Positions 1-8,779 of a stretch of DNA of 64,000 nt are shown piece by piece. The stretch is from Syntrophomonadaceae bacterium (GTDB lineage Bacteria > Bacillota > Dethiobacteria > DTU022 > UBA8154). Position numbers and translations under genes: made by a program. The number at the start of each line of letters is the position of its first letter. Positions within the stretch are counted from its first letter, which is position 1. The notes under the pieces were generated by a model. That model searched no databases. It was given only the letters and a program-made list of their open reading frames with translations, and was not told the origin of the DNA. Location: assembly GCA_003556225.1 (NCBI GenBank), contig PWRN01000100.1:12125-76124 (forward strand), in the 5' to 3' direction.

Positions 1-216
1 TTCCTGCTCGGGGATCCAGAACCACAGGAAAGAAACGATTAACGGAATAATCCATAACCCGATCGTTAAACCATAGACGTAAGGTGCCGGCGCTCCGCCG
101 ATTTTCGTGTAGTAAATGAAACCCGGAACGCTCATCTCAATAATCCAGAAAACCAAAGCATACCCATAGATAATGGCTATTCCCCACCAGAAGCTGGGGT
201 GTATACCTTTAAACAA
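1..216 (-). CDS. partial CDS (N-terminal part; continues past the window start): small hydrophobic membrane protein, function unknown
   Basis: The minus-strand frame is open from a TTG at 214-216 (AGGAGG 9 nt upstream) to the window edge. The translation MFKGIHPSFWWGIAIIYGYALVFWIIEMSVPGFIYYTKIGGAPAPYVYGLTIGLWIIPLIVSFLWFWIPEQE looks like TM helices. It is not in the ORF track because it is truncated. Confidence 0.4.
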   Translation of the reverse strand, partial: MFKGIHPSFWWGIAIIYGYALVFWIIEMSVPGFIYYTKIGGAPAPYVYGLTIGLWIIPLIVSFLWFWIPEQE

Positions 217-391
217 GGCATCATACCTCCTTAAAAGTAATATTTCCCCTCGTTTTCCGAAACTTATTCCCTTTCTGAACATGTACCGCATTGATCTCGA
301 TATGATGAATGCCATGGAAAAGAATGAGAGAGCAAAAAAGACGCACCATGCGGTAACTCAGGTAATGATTCCGAAAAACCTTTGACGCTTC

Positions 392-718
392 CTATCTTTG
401 TAAGTATCCCTGGATAAGCACCCCCTTAGAGCGCCACAGCACTCGTTCAGATCCGTTTCTCACCGTTGGGAGATAAAAACCTTTCAAACCCCTGACGCGA
501 GAAACGGTAAACCGCTTATCACCCCCCTCCTGGTGCTGCAGTCCTCCATAGACAGCAGAGAATAATCCTTCTTCATCGATCCTGTAAAGTTCCCTTGAAT
601 ATTTCCTTAATTTCCCAGGTTCAGCCATATTCCTTCGTTCAACCGGTAAAAGATGCGTCCCTGCAAACTCAACAGGGGTGGGGGCAATTATTTCCTGTAC
701 ATAAAAACAACCGCGCAC
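392..718 (-). CDS. hypothetical protein (108 aa as drawn; could start at the internal MAEPGKL)
   Basis: ORF-track frame. Its alternative start codon lies 2 nt after the stop of the 720-1157 ORF, which suggests coupling. No family recognised by eye. Confidence 0.4.
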   Translation of the reverse strand: MRGCFYVQEIIAPTPVEFAGTHLLPVERRNMAEPGKLRKYSRELYRIDEEGLFSAVYGGLQHQEGGDKRFTVSRVRGLKGFYLPTVRNGSERVLWRSKGVLIQGYLQR

Positions 719-719
719 C

Positions 720-1157
720 CTACCCGTTGTTCTCCCGGGGGAGAATGATATAGCGATAGTGTAGCTCGGCCAGGCCGAGCATGGTCGTGATGGGAATGCC
801 GATCCCGATCAAAAACCCCCACAGCATGTTGCGGGAAAGGTCCAACCCGGCATAATAGAGCAGAAGGTTGATGCCGATCCCCAGTAAAAAATACGGGGTG
901 TGGAGTTTCCGTTTTTTCATCATCTTCGCATAAATTTGTTTTTCTTCTTCACTGGCAAACTCGTAGCGCCGTATATTCCCTCTCTCCGGCACTTCCAAAA
1001 CGACTTTTTCTTCTTCCGGGGAAAGCTCCTTGCGTTCTTCGGCGGGCCTGGGTTTTATTTCATAAATTTTCGAGGGTTTCTCCTGCCCCTCCTGGACCTC
1101 TTGGAACGAAGCGTGATCTTTATTGTGCTTGGATTTCCTTCTTTTTTTCGCTGCCAT
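720..1157 (-). CDS. hypothetical small membrane protein (Lys/Glu-rich N-terminal half, two C-terminal TM helices)
   Basis: ATG at 1155-1157 with GGAGGG 6 nt upstream. The N-terminus MAAKKRRKSKHNKD...EEEK is highly charged. The C-terminus FLLGIGINLLLYYAGL / LWGFLIGIGIPITTMLGLA is hydrophobic. Confidence 0.6.
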   Translation of the reverse strand: MAAKKRRKSKHNKDHASFQEVQEGQEKPSKIYEIKPRPAEERKELSPEEEKVVLEVPERGNIRRYEFASEEEKQIYAKMMKKRKLHTPYFLLGIGINLLLYYAGLDLSRNMLWGFLIGIGIPITTMLGLAELHYRYIILPRENNG

Positions 1158-1171
1158 GACAGACCCTCCGT

Positions 1172-1211
1172 GGATGATAGGTTAGTGAATAGGATGATAG
1201 GTTAGTGAATA
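1172..1211. repeat. perfect tandem direct repeat, 2 x 20 bp (GGATGATAGGTTAGTGAATA)
   Basis: Read directly: 1172-1191 and 1192-1211 are identical. The repeat lies 2 nt upstream (on the coding strand) of the RBS of the 720-1157 ORF. Confidence 0.95.
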
Positions 1212-1358
1212 CGTTGGACGTTAGCTTAAGCGCCTTTTTTGCCAGGAGTTTTCTTATTATTCTCTTTATTCGTATTATAGAATTCTACCCGTTTTTCGTT
1301 TTTCCTTTTTTTATTTAGAAAAAAAACAATTTTTTTTTGCTTTCGCTGCTATTTAAAC

Positions 1359-1396
1359 AAAAAAAGCAGGGTCCGCTGTAAAACAGCGGTTCCCTG
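1359..1396 (-). terminator. intrinsic terminator after the crotonase gene
   Basis: The minus strand reads GCAGGGAACCGCTG-TTTTA-CAGCGGACCCTGC followed by TTTTTTT, immediately after the stop at 1424. Confidence 0.7.
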
Positions 1397-1423
1397 CCCC
1401 TAAAAGATATGCGTGAGCCCGTA

Positions 1424-2206
1424 TTAGAGTCCTTTATACACAGGCTTTCTCTTTTCGTTAAACGCCTTCAACCCTTCGTCGCGATCTTCCGTTTTCAAGC
1501 AGACGTTGTAGCATTCCGCTTCCAGGGTAAAAGCCGTGGAAAGATCCACTTCCATGCCCAGGTTGACGGATTTTTTCGCCTGCCAGACCGCCACCGGAGC
1601 GTTCTTGGTGATCTCCTTGCAGAGTTCCCGGGAAGCTTCCAGCAGCTGCTCCCGGGGCACCACCTTGCTGACAATCCCCCATGCCCGGGCTTCAGCTGCC
1701 GGCAAGCGCCGCCCGGTGAAGATCAGTTCCTTGGCCTTGCTCTTGCCGATGAGGCGGGGCAGGTTCACGGTGCCGCCACCCCCGGGGATAATGCCCAGCC
1801 CAACTTCCGGCAGGGCCAGCACGGCATTTTCCGAGGCATAGATCACGTCACAGCAGAGGGCGAACTCAAAGCCTCCACCCATGGCAAAACCGTTAACTGC
1901 CGCAATAATGGGCTTGGGAAATTCAGATACCGCTCGAAAGGCCCGGACAAACAATTCTCGCTGCTTGACCATCGCTTCCTTGCTCATGTTCTTCCGTTCC
2001 TTTAAGTCGGCGCCCACACAAAAGGCTTTTTCCCCTTCCGCGGTCAGCACCGCCGCCCAAACTTCCCGGTCATCGGCCAGTGCTCGCATCACGGAGATGA
2101 CATCGCTGGCCAGCTGGGTGCTAATGGCGTTCAGTGCCTCGGGCCGGTTGAAGGTAATGACCGCAATGTGCTCTTCCACTTCTACCCGGATCGTCTCCCA
2201 GGACAT
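1424..2206 (-). CDS. enoyl-CoA hydratase/isomerase (crotonase) family; candidate 3-methylglutaconyl-CoA hydratase by context
   Basis: Crotonase motifs are present: FCVGADLKE, AAVNGFAMGGGFEFALCCD, GLGIIPGGGGT. Start moved to the ATG at 2206 (MSWETIRVEV...), which has AGGAGG 7 nt upstream; the track ORF starts 13 codons earlier. Confidence 0.9.
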   Translation of the reverse strand: MSWETIRVEVEEHIAVITFNRPEALNAISTQLASDVISVMRALADDREVWAAVLTAEGEKAFCVGADLKERKNMSKEAMVKQRELFVRAFRAVSEFPKPIIAAVNGFAMGGGFEFALCCDVIYASENAVLALPEVGLGIIPGGGGTVNLPRLIGKSKAKELIFTGRRLPAAEARAWGIVSKVVPREQLLEASRELCKEITKNAPVAVWQAKKSVNLGMEVDLSTAFTLEAECYNVCLKTEDRDEGLKAFNEKRKPVYKGL

Positions 2207-2277
2207 GATTTTTCCTCCTCCTGCCTGCTCTCCAGAACAGGGCAATTTAGTTGCGGAGCCTGGCTACTATCCCCGTG

Positions 2278-3387
2278 TTACTCGGGGAACTTCTGTCCCG
2301 GTTTTTCACCGAATTCCACTTTTTTCTCCTGGAGGCCGGCGCGCTTGTATTCCGGACGAGGTTCCTTGGGAATACGTAAGTTTAAGATGGCCTCGGAACG
2401 CAGCCGCCTGCCGACGGTTTTCTCTAAGAGGGTCCCCAGCTCCAGGACGCGATCGACGTCGATGCCGGTTTCAATGCCCATCTCGTCCATCATGACCACC
2501 ATGTCTTCCATCTGGGTCAGTCCGACCACGTTAGGATCCTTGTAGTAATACGCGCCGGTTCCGGGAACGGGGCAGTCGTCCATGAAGTTGGAGGGCTGTC
2601 CACCCAGCCCGCCCAGGGTGCCTTCGAAGATATCGATCCCCGCATTCAAGGCCGCCAGGATATTGGCCATACCCCAGCCGCGGGTGGCGTGGAAGTGGGC
2701 GATGTGCAGGTCCGTATCGGGCAGGGCATCCAGGATCATGGAGAAGTAGCGGTAAACCTGGTCCGGCGGGGCCGAGCCATCGTGATCGGCGTGCTCGATG
2801 TCCGACGCGCCGATATCCAGCCAGTACTTGGTGAACTTCACTGCTTCCTCCAGCTTGGTCGGTCCGCTGATGGGGCTGCCCCAGATGGTACTGACGGTAC
2901 CGCACATTTTGATGCCCGCGTCGGCCGCTTTCTTGATGCAGCGCTCGGCTTCCTTCCAGTAGTCGGGCAGGGTCGTGCCCGAGTTGGCGTAGTGGTGCTC
3001 TTCGTCCGTGGAAACCATCATGAGGATGCGGTCGGGACCGACGCCCTGCTTCTTGAGCTCGATGGCCCGGTCTACAGCGCGCTCCCGGATGGTGATGGCC
3101 GTCAGCTCGATCTCATCCCAGTTCACACCGGCGCGCTTCAGCTTCTTGCTTTGCCGAACCCTCTTAAAGAGCTCGTCGGCATCCTTAAACTGGGGCATAC
3201 CGGCCGGGTTGCCGAAGTTGGTCAGCTCCACCCGCTTGAAGCCGGCGAGGATCAGTTCTTCTGCGTAATAAACTTTGGCATCGGTGGAAATGAATTTTTC
3301 TTCGTGTTGAAAACCATCCCGAACCGTGATGTCTCCTAAGCGAACCTTCTTGGGGAACTTCATTTGAAACTTGTCCGTCACTAACAA
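2278..3387 (-). CDS. HMGL-like (pyruvate carboxyltransferase fold) lyase; candidate HMG-CoA lyase with a ~60-aa C-terminal extension
   Basis: ITVRDGFQHE near the N-terminus and HIAHFHATRGWGMANILAAL match the RDGxQ and HxH metal-site pattern of HMG-CoA lyase and relatives. Length is 369 aa. Confidence 0.8.
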   Translation of the reverse strand: MLVTDKFQMKFPKKVRLGDITVRDGFQHEEKFISTDAKVYYAEELILAGFKRVELTNFGNPAGMPQFKDADELFKRVRQSKKLKRAGVNWDEIELTAITIRERAVDRAIELKKQGVGPDRILMMVSTDEEHHYANSGTTLPDYWKEAERCIKKAADAGIKMCGTVSTIWGSPISGPTKLEEAVKFTKYWLDIGASDIEHADHDGSAPPDQVYRYFSMILDALPDTDLHIAHFHATRGWGMANILAALNAGIDIFEGTLGGLGGQPSNFMDDCPVPGTGAYYYKDPNVVGLTQMEDMVVMMDEMGIETGIDVDRVLELGTLLEKTVGRRLRSEAILNLRIPKEPRPEYKRAGLQEKKVEFGEKPGQKFPE

Positions 3388-3470
3388 TCATCTCCCTTTA
3401 ACTTTTTTTTATATTATCCCAGGATTTGTCAGCAGCAAGGCACCGCGAACAACCTGTATAATACCGCTTC

Positions 3471-5084
3471 TTAGAATTTCAGGTTCCCGAATTTCGAGTC
3501 GGGAATCGGCTTGTAGAGGGACAGTTCAAAGGCGCGGGCCAGCTTATCGCGGGATTCCGCCCAGGTAATCACCCCGTCGTGGAAGAGCATGGATCCGGTC
3601 ACGTACGGATGCCCGTCCCGGTCGTACTTTTCTACCATTTTCTCCCGGAAATCGGTCATTTTCTCTTCATCGATCTCTTCACCCTTGATCTTTTTGTTCT
3701 TTCTTTCAATGGTTTCCAGGATAAATGCCGCGGTTTTCCCGGCCATCACCGTGGTGCGTGCCCGCATGGTGTTAAAGACAAACCGGGGGCGATAAGCCCG
3801 CCCGCACATGCCGTAATTAGCGGCTCCATGGTCGGGGCCAATCACCCACTGCACCTTGGGAACATCGACGCAGGCACAGGCGCGCACCATGTCGGCTCCG
3901 TACTTGCCGATGCCGTTCCACTCTTCGGTGCTTCCGACCATGTAGCCCGGGGAGTTCTGGATGTACAGCAGCGGCGTCTTATCGTTGCCGCAGCGCAACA
4001 CCCACTCGGTCGCTTTGCGCGCCGCCTCGATATAGATCACACCGGTGTTGTTGGACGCGATCACCCCGATCGGCATTCCTTTTAGCCAGATCTTGCCGCA
4101 GATGATGTTATCTCCCCGGCCCGGGGCATAGTTGGCCTTGTATTCCTGGAAGTAGCTGTCATCGGCGATGCACTGGATCACTTCCCGCACGTTAATGGGG
4201 CGATACGGGTCCGCGGACACGAAACCCATCAGGTCTTCCGCGCTGTAATGCGGTTCATTCCAGGAAGGGAAGCGGTGCACCTGCAGTTCCTGGGGAGGAT
4301 CGAAGGCGATGATTTCCCGCAGCTTGGCAATCCCTTCCTGCTGGGTGCCGACAAAATGGTCGCAGCCCCCGGAGTGCTGGGTGTGGACATAGGCGCCTCC
4401 CAGGTCTTCCGCGCTGACTTCTTCACCGATGGCGGAGCGAACCATGGGAGGGCCTGCCAGGAAGGCGTAGGCCATCTGGTCGATCATGATCGACTCACAG
4501 GCCAGGTAGACGATATACGCTCCACCGGCCGTGTTGCCTCCCGTGCTCAGCGTGTACTGCTTGATCCCCTTGGCCGACATCCTCGTCATGTTGTAGAACA
4601 TGGAGCCGAACATGCCTTCATCGGCAAAAGCATAAAGCTGCAGGGGAAGGAAAATGCCCCCGGAATCCGCGATATAGATACAGGTTAATTCACATTCTTC
4701 GGCAATCCTCTGGGCCCGCATGTGTTTTTTCAAGGTGATGGGATAGTAGGTGCCCGCTGTCATGCGGCTCTCGTTGGCAAAAATCATGCAGTCCTTGCCG
4801 TGGACCTTGCCTACCCCGGTCACCAGGCCGCCCCCCGGGATGTGGGGTTGCTCCTTGTAGCCAATTTCGTAGCCGGCGTCCAGGCCCACCTCGAAAAATT
4901 CGCTGTCCGGGTCCATCAGCTGGGCAATCAACTCTCGAACCGGCACCTTTCCCTGCTTGGCCAGGCGGTCAATCTGCTTTTGCCCGCCAACGTTGTATGC
5001 TTCTTCACGGCGTTTCAACAGCTCCTGATCCTGCTGTAACCAGAATTCATAATTCTGCTGTCTTCTCTCTTCAAGAGTCGCCAC
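3471..5084 (-). CDS. acyl-CoA carboxylase carboxyltransferase subunit (methylcrotonyl-CoA carboxylase beta / glutaconyl-CoA decarboxylase alpha family)
   Basis: Motifs TYYPITLKKHMRAQRIAEE, IYIADSGG, NTAGGAY, GEEVSAEDLGGA. Start moved to the GTG at 5082-5084 (VATLEERRQQ...) behind AAGGAGGAG. The longer track ORF (to 5243) would overlap the upstream gene by about 100 nt. Confidence 0.85.
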   Translation of the reverse strand: MATLEERRQQNYEFWLQQDQELLKRREEAYNVGGQKQIDRLAKQGKVPVRELIAQLMDPDSEFFEVGLDAGYEIGYKEQPHIPGGGLVTGVGKVHGKDCMIFANESRMTAGTYYPITLKKHMRAQRIAEECELTCIYIADSGGIFLPLQLYAFADEGMFGSMFYNMTRMSAKGIKQYTLSTGGNTAGGAYIVYLACESIMIDQMAYAFLAGPPMVRSAIGEEVSAEDLGGAYVHTQHSGGCDHFVGTQQEGIAKLREIIAFDPPQELQVHRFPSWNEPHYSAEDLMGFVSADPYRPINVREVIQCIADDSYFQEYKANYAPGRGDNIICGKIWLKGMPIGVIASNNTGVIYIEAARKATEWVLRCGNDKTPLLYIQNSPGYMVGSTEEWNGIGKYGADMVRACACVDVPKVQWVIGPDHGAANYGMCGRAYRPRFVFNTMRARTTVMAGKTAAFILETIERKNKKIKGEEIDEEKMTDFREKMVEKYDRDGHPYVTGSMLFHDGVITWAESRDKLARAFELSLYKPIPDSKFGNLKF

Positions 5085-5140
5085 TGGAGATCTCCTCCTT
5101 AATTTACTGCATATTCCTTCTTGAATGCCGGCTGCAGGGA

Positions 5141-5917
5141 TCAGGCACGTCCGATGATATAGCGCAGGGGATCGACTTCGTTTCGCAGGATATCCAGTTC
5201 TTCCTGGGTCGGCGGGTTGCTTTTTTCCAGCTCCGGGGCCCACAGCAATTCAAAACCCGTATTTTCGATCACATCCTCCCGGGTAATCCCGGGGTGAATG
5301 GCTTCGACACGCATGCGCTTGGTTTCTTCATCAAACCCCATCACGGCCAGGTTGGTAATGATCTTGTACGGTCCGCTGCCCCGGGGCAGCCCGGCTGCTT
5401 CCCGCGCCCCTTTGCCCGTCAGGTAGCCGGGGCTGGTAATGAAATCGATATCGTTGGTGAAGCGCTGCTTGTCCTGGGGCGTGATCATCATCGTACGCCA
5501 GCAGAGGGAGGCTAAATCATTGGCCCCGCCGCTGCCCGGGAAACGCACCTTGGGCCGCTCGTAGTCGCCGATGAGGGTAGAGTTGATGTTGCCGTACATG
5601 TCGATCTGGGCCCCGCCCAAAAAGGTGTAATCTGCCATGCCTCGCTGGCAGCTTTCCATGATGTCCGGCATACTGGTGGCATCAATCGCCTTGTGAAACG
5701 TCCTGGAATCACCCACGGAGATCGGCATCGAGGGTAAGATGGGACCGACACCGCCCGCCTCAAATAAGATCATCAGCTTGGGGGCCACGGTTCTTTGCGC
5801 CAGCATCGCCGCCGCACAGGGCGCTCCTGTTCCAACTACGGCCGTGCTGCCGTCTTCAATGGCCCGGGCAGCCAGGCAAATCATTAACTCCATCCTGTTG
5901 TATTCCGCCATATTCAA
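5141..5917 (-). CDS. family-I CoA-transferase, subunit B (glutaconate CoA-transferase GctB-like)
   Basis: 258 aa. Contains LMILFEAGGVG (the counterpart of the catalytic-Glu SENG motif) and FLGGAQIDMYGNINST, which is typical of beta subunits. Confidence 0.8.
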   Translation of the reverse strand: MNMAEYNRMELMICLAARAIEDGSTAVVGTGAPCAAAMLAQRTVAPKLMILFEAGGVGPILPSMPISVGDSRTFHKAIDATSMPDIMESCQRGMADYTFLGGAQIDMYGNINSTLIGDYERPKVRFPGSGGANDLASLCWRTMMITPQDKQRFTNDIDFITSPGYLTGKGAREAAGLPRGSGPYKIITNLAVMGFDEETKRMRVEAIHPGITREDVIENTGFELLWAPELEKSNPPTQEELDILRNEVDPLRYIIGRA

Positions 5918-5939
5918 AGCACCTCCTTCAGGTTATGCG

Positions 5940-7001
5940 TTATGCATTGTTTTTTTCGTCCATCTTGACCATATCCTCTGTCAACCGTTCCATGTTGCGG
6001 AGAGCTTGCAGCTTCTTCGTTCCACCGTTTGCTTCCAGGTATCCCCAATGATCTTCCACGCCGTAAATATTTTTTTGCAGGAACGCTTCAAAGGTCTCCG
6101 GATCTTTCTCCGCGGCCAACCATTCTTTCAGATGGTCCTCGTCGCTGAAGTACTCGTAGGGCATATTGGCCGGGTATGCGCCATAGGGCACTTCGATAAC
6201 CGCATCCACCAGGTAATAGGGGATGGCGGTTTGATCCGGTTTCTGGCGCACGATTTCGTTAGAAATCAGGCGTTCCGTGCTGATGATGAGCTTCTTGGCC
6301 GCCCGGGCCAGGTCAATATCGGATACCGCGATGCCGTCGAACTGCGCGTTTCCGTAGATGTCGCTGCGATGCACGTGAATCAACGCCACATCGGGATAAA
6401 GAGCGGGCAGCGCCACGTACTTCTGGCCGGTAAAGGGGCAGGGCATTTCCACGGCGGCGCTGTACTTGATCGTATCCGTCCCGAACATGTTGCGCGCCGG
6501 AATAAAGGAGAGGCCCATGGCGGCGGCCTTGTAGCGCCAGGCCAGGGCAGCGTTGGTCCACTCCGTGGGTTCCACTTCGCCGTTTTCAAAGGCCTTGCGA
6601 GAAGCCTTGGAGAGCCCCCGGGCTTCCAGGCCGATAATATACGCGATGTCACAACGGTTTATACATTTACCGGAAATAAGTATCTGCATATCGTGGGTGG
6701 ACGTGTGGCCGGAAAAACCCAAATCTTTCTTCTTCTGCCTGACAATCTCGTGCAGCAAGGCTGCCGGGATCCGGTTGGTGCCAAACCCGCCCACACCGAG
6801 GTAATCACCATCCTTAACGAGACTGGAAATGGCCTCCTTTACCGTGGTTACCTTGCTGACCATTTTCCTGGATTTGTGCCTGAAATACTCCCTCGCATCA
6901 TCGGCATCGGGGTTGGTAAACAGCCGACGGGTCCCTACCTTTTTATAGGTTACTTCTTTGTCACCTGGTACAGAGTAATCTGCTCCATATAATGACATCA
7001 T
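5940..7001 (-). CDS. family-I CoA-transferase, subunit A (glutaconate CoA-transferase GctA-like)
   Basis: About 353 aa. Contains GDYLGVGGFGTNRIPAALLHEI, a glycine-rich CoA-transferase A motif. Start placed at the ATG-ATG pair 6996-7001, directly behind GGAGGTGAG. Confidence 0.8.
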   Translation of the reverse strand: MMSLYGADYSVPGDKEVTYKKVGTRRLFTNPDADDAREYFRHKSRKMVSKVTTVKEAISSLVKDGDYLGVGGFGTNRIPAALLHEIVRQKKKDLGFSGHTSTHDMQILISGKCINRCDIAYIIGLEARGLSKASRKAFENGEVEPTEWTNAALAWRYKAAAMGLSFIPARNMFGTDTIKYSAAVEMPCPFTGQKYVALPALYPDVALIHVHRSDIYGNAQFDGIAVSDIDLARAAKKLIISTERLISNEIVRQKPDQTAIPYYLVDAVIEVPYGAYPANMPYEYFSDEDHLKEWLAAEKDPETFEAFLQKNIYGVEDHWGYLEANGGTKKLQALRNMERLTEDMVKMDEKNNA

Positions 7002-7048
7002 CTCACCTCCTGGTTTATTCTCATCCTGTAATATAACTAAACTATAAC

Positions 7049-7065
7049 AAGCAAAAAACATGCCA
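7049..7065 (-). promoter_or_regulatory. sigma-54 (-24/-12) promoter P1 upstream of the CoA-transferase gene
   Basis: The minus strand reads TGGCATGTTTTTTGCTT with GG-N10-GC spacing, about 45 nt upstream of the start codon at 7001. Confidence 0.7.
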
Positions 7066-7137
7066 TCTCTTAAGAGCAGGATCAACCCACGTTACTGCGG
7101 CCTTGTTCCTCCAATAACAAGAGAAGAAGAAATTTAT

Positions 7138-7175
7138 TGATGCATTATTTCATCTTATGATGCTTATTAGCATCA
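7138..7175. promoter_or_regulatory. candidate enhancer (UAS) for a sigma-54 activator: two TGATGC-N6-GCATCA-type dyads 20 bp apart
   Basis: 7158-7175 is TGATGCTTATTAGCATCA, a perfect dyad. 7138-7155 is TGATGCATTATTTCATCT, an imperfect one. Both lie about 100 bp upstream of P1. The same dyad is found at 13605-13622. Confidence 0.5.
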
Positions 7176-7509
7176 GCGCCCTTGCGCTTACTCCTCTTTC
7201 CCTATTATGAATCGGCGGAGCTGCTTCGCAGGAGAACCGCCATCAACGAACTGCAAATCTTGGGGTTCTGCGCGTCTCGTACAAGTTCAGGGAAAACAAC
7301 GTCTTTGCCGTGCTAGCAACCCTAACTCGCCTCCCGATAAGCCACACCTCCTGCTTGTTTAATTATTGCATGATAAAGGAAATGCATTACCCCGGAGCAA
7401 ACGCCGTGCTGCCGGGGCAACAGTTACATCCATTACAAATACGCATAATCGGTCCAGTGATCCAATGAAAACCCTGGCTGCAATGTGTTGGTGTTTTTAA
7501 GGATAAACA

Positions 7510-8670
7510 CTACCTCAGCATTTCGCGCGCGATGATCAGTCTCCTGATTTCTGATGTTCCTGCCCCGATCTCCCAGAGCTTGGCGTCCCGCAGGTGCCTC
7601 TGGATGGGATATTCCAGGCTGTAACCGTATCCACCGAAAATTTGTACCCCGTCCAGGCAGACCCGGGTGCAGGCTTCGGAGGCGTACAAAATGGCTGCGG
7701 CCGCAATTTTATCCAGCTCGGTTCCTTTGCCACCACTCTTTTCTTCCAGGCTGTCCACGTACCATGCCGCATAGTAGGTGAGCCACTTGGCCGTTTGATA
7801 GGAAACGTACATATCGGCCAGTTTTTGTTGAATGGCCTGGAAGCTGCCGATCGGTTTCCCAAACTGCATGCGTTCCTTGGCATACTTGGTGCTGAGGTCC
7901 ATGGCCGCCCGCATGGTTCCCAGGGCGGAGGCGGAAAGCACGATCCGTTCCGTGCATAATCCGCTGGTCAAAATTTTTACCCCGCCATTTTCGGCGCCTA
8001 CCAGGTTATCCGTGGGAACTTTCATGTCACTGAAAAACAGCTCCCCGGTGGGCGATCCCCGCATACCAAATTTTTTAATCTTGTTGCACTGGTACCCTTC
8101 CACGGGAATATCCGTCACCAGGGCACTGATTCCTTTCGGACCTTTGCCCGGGTCCGTCTTGGCATAGAAAAGGAGCACGTGGCCGATGGGGGCATTGGTA
8201 ATGAAAGTCTTGCTCCCATTTACCACGTAATGATCACCGTCTTTGATGGCTGTTGCGCGCATCGCCATGGCGTCGGAGCCGGCATCGGGTTCCGTGATTC
8301 CCAGGCATCCGATCAGTTCTCCGCTGGCCAGCCCGGGAAGGTATTTCTCTTTAACTTCCTTGTTGGCATTGCGCTGGATATTATCGGCACAAAGAATTAA
8401 GTGGGCGCCCCAGGTCATGGAAAGGGCCGAAGAAACCCTGGCCAGGTTTTCTGCAACGATGCAAGCTTCGGTATACCCGAGCCCGGCACCGCCGTATTCC
8501 TCGTCAATGGTGACACCGTTTAAGTCGAGCTTGCCCGTTTCCTTGAAGAAATCTTCCGGGAATTCATCTTTTTCATCGACTTCTTCCATCTTGGGCTCCA
8601 GCCAGTCGCAAGCCCACCGGTAGACCATATCCTCCAGCATTTTCTGTTCATCATTAAAAATAAAATCCAT
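7510..8670 (-). CDS. acyl-CoA dehydrogenase, isovaleryl-CoA dehydrogenase-like
   Basis: The C-terminal LWEIGAGTSEIRRLIIAREML has Gly-Ala where other ACADs carry the catalytic Glu (YEGTSEI), and GLCTERIVLSA supplies the alternative Glu, as in IVD. Start placed at the ATG at 8670 (MDFIFNDEQ...) behind GAGGAG. Confidence 0.88.
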   Translation of the reverse strand: MDFIFNDEQKMLEDMVYRWACDWLEPKMEEVDEKDEFPEDFFKETGKLDLNGVTIDEEYGGAGLGYTEACIVAENLARVSSALSMTWGAHLILCADNIQRNANKEVKEKYLPGLASGELIGCLGITEPDAGSDAMAMRATAIKDGDHYVVNGSKTFITNAPIGHVLLFYAKTDPGKGPKGISALVTDIPVEGYQCNKIKKFGMRGSPTGELFFSDMKVPTDNLVGAENGGVKILTSGLCTERIVLSASALGTMRAAMDLSTKYAKERMQFGKPIGSFQAIQQKLADMYVSYQTAKWLTYYAAWYVDSLEEKSGGKGTELDKIAAAAILYASEACTRVCLDGVQIFGGYGYSLEYPIQRHLRDAKLWEIGAGTSEIRRLIIAREMLR

Positions 8671-8779
8671 CTCTCTTTCTCCTCTCAACTGTTTTTTAAC
8701 CATTCAGGCAAGAAGCCAGCGATCGGGCGTTTTCCCCGGCCTCCCGAACATCCATTTCTTCGTCGCTTATCTTTCAACA

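Noticed and set aside
173-385. 70-aa plus-strand ORF in the first intergenic region.
   Set aside because: It has no RBS, it lies between two minus-strand genes, and it is probably promoter or terminator DNA for them. A weak hairpin with a T-run lies on the minus strand near 330-350.
3471-5243. N-terminal extensions of several track ORFs: 3471-5243, 26830-27213, 27119-28084, 44397-45209, 21426-22562 and 5940-7085.
   Set aside because: The extensions overlap upstream genes or intergenic terminators and promoters and are Arg/Pro/Ser-rich. In each case an internal ATG, GTG or TTG with a GGAGG-type RBS yields the canonical family N-terminus, so the shorter coordinates were used.
5739-6992. Long plus-strand ORF (417 aa) antisense to the CoA-transferase genes. 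There are similar long antisense ORFs at 1409-2005, 8807-10000, 28125-29231, 54587-56014, 56975-58207 and 59483-60589.
   Set aside because: All lie exactly opposite minus-strand genes with clear family motifs. Their translations are low-complexity and rich in G, R, P, H and L, they have no RBS, and they are the shadow frames expected in GC-rich coding DNA.
7176-7509. About 330-bp non-coding stretch between the acyl-CoA dehydrogenase stop and the enhancer dyads. It was checked for a small ORF (a 33-codon GTG frame behind GCAGGAGGTG near 7350), a terminator and repeated ATGCAT motifs.
   Set aside because: The small frame is Arg-rich and unconvincing, and no stem-loop with a U-tract was found. 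This is noted only as unusually long spacer DNA that may hold further activator or IHF sites.
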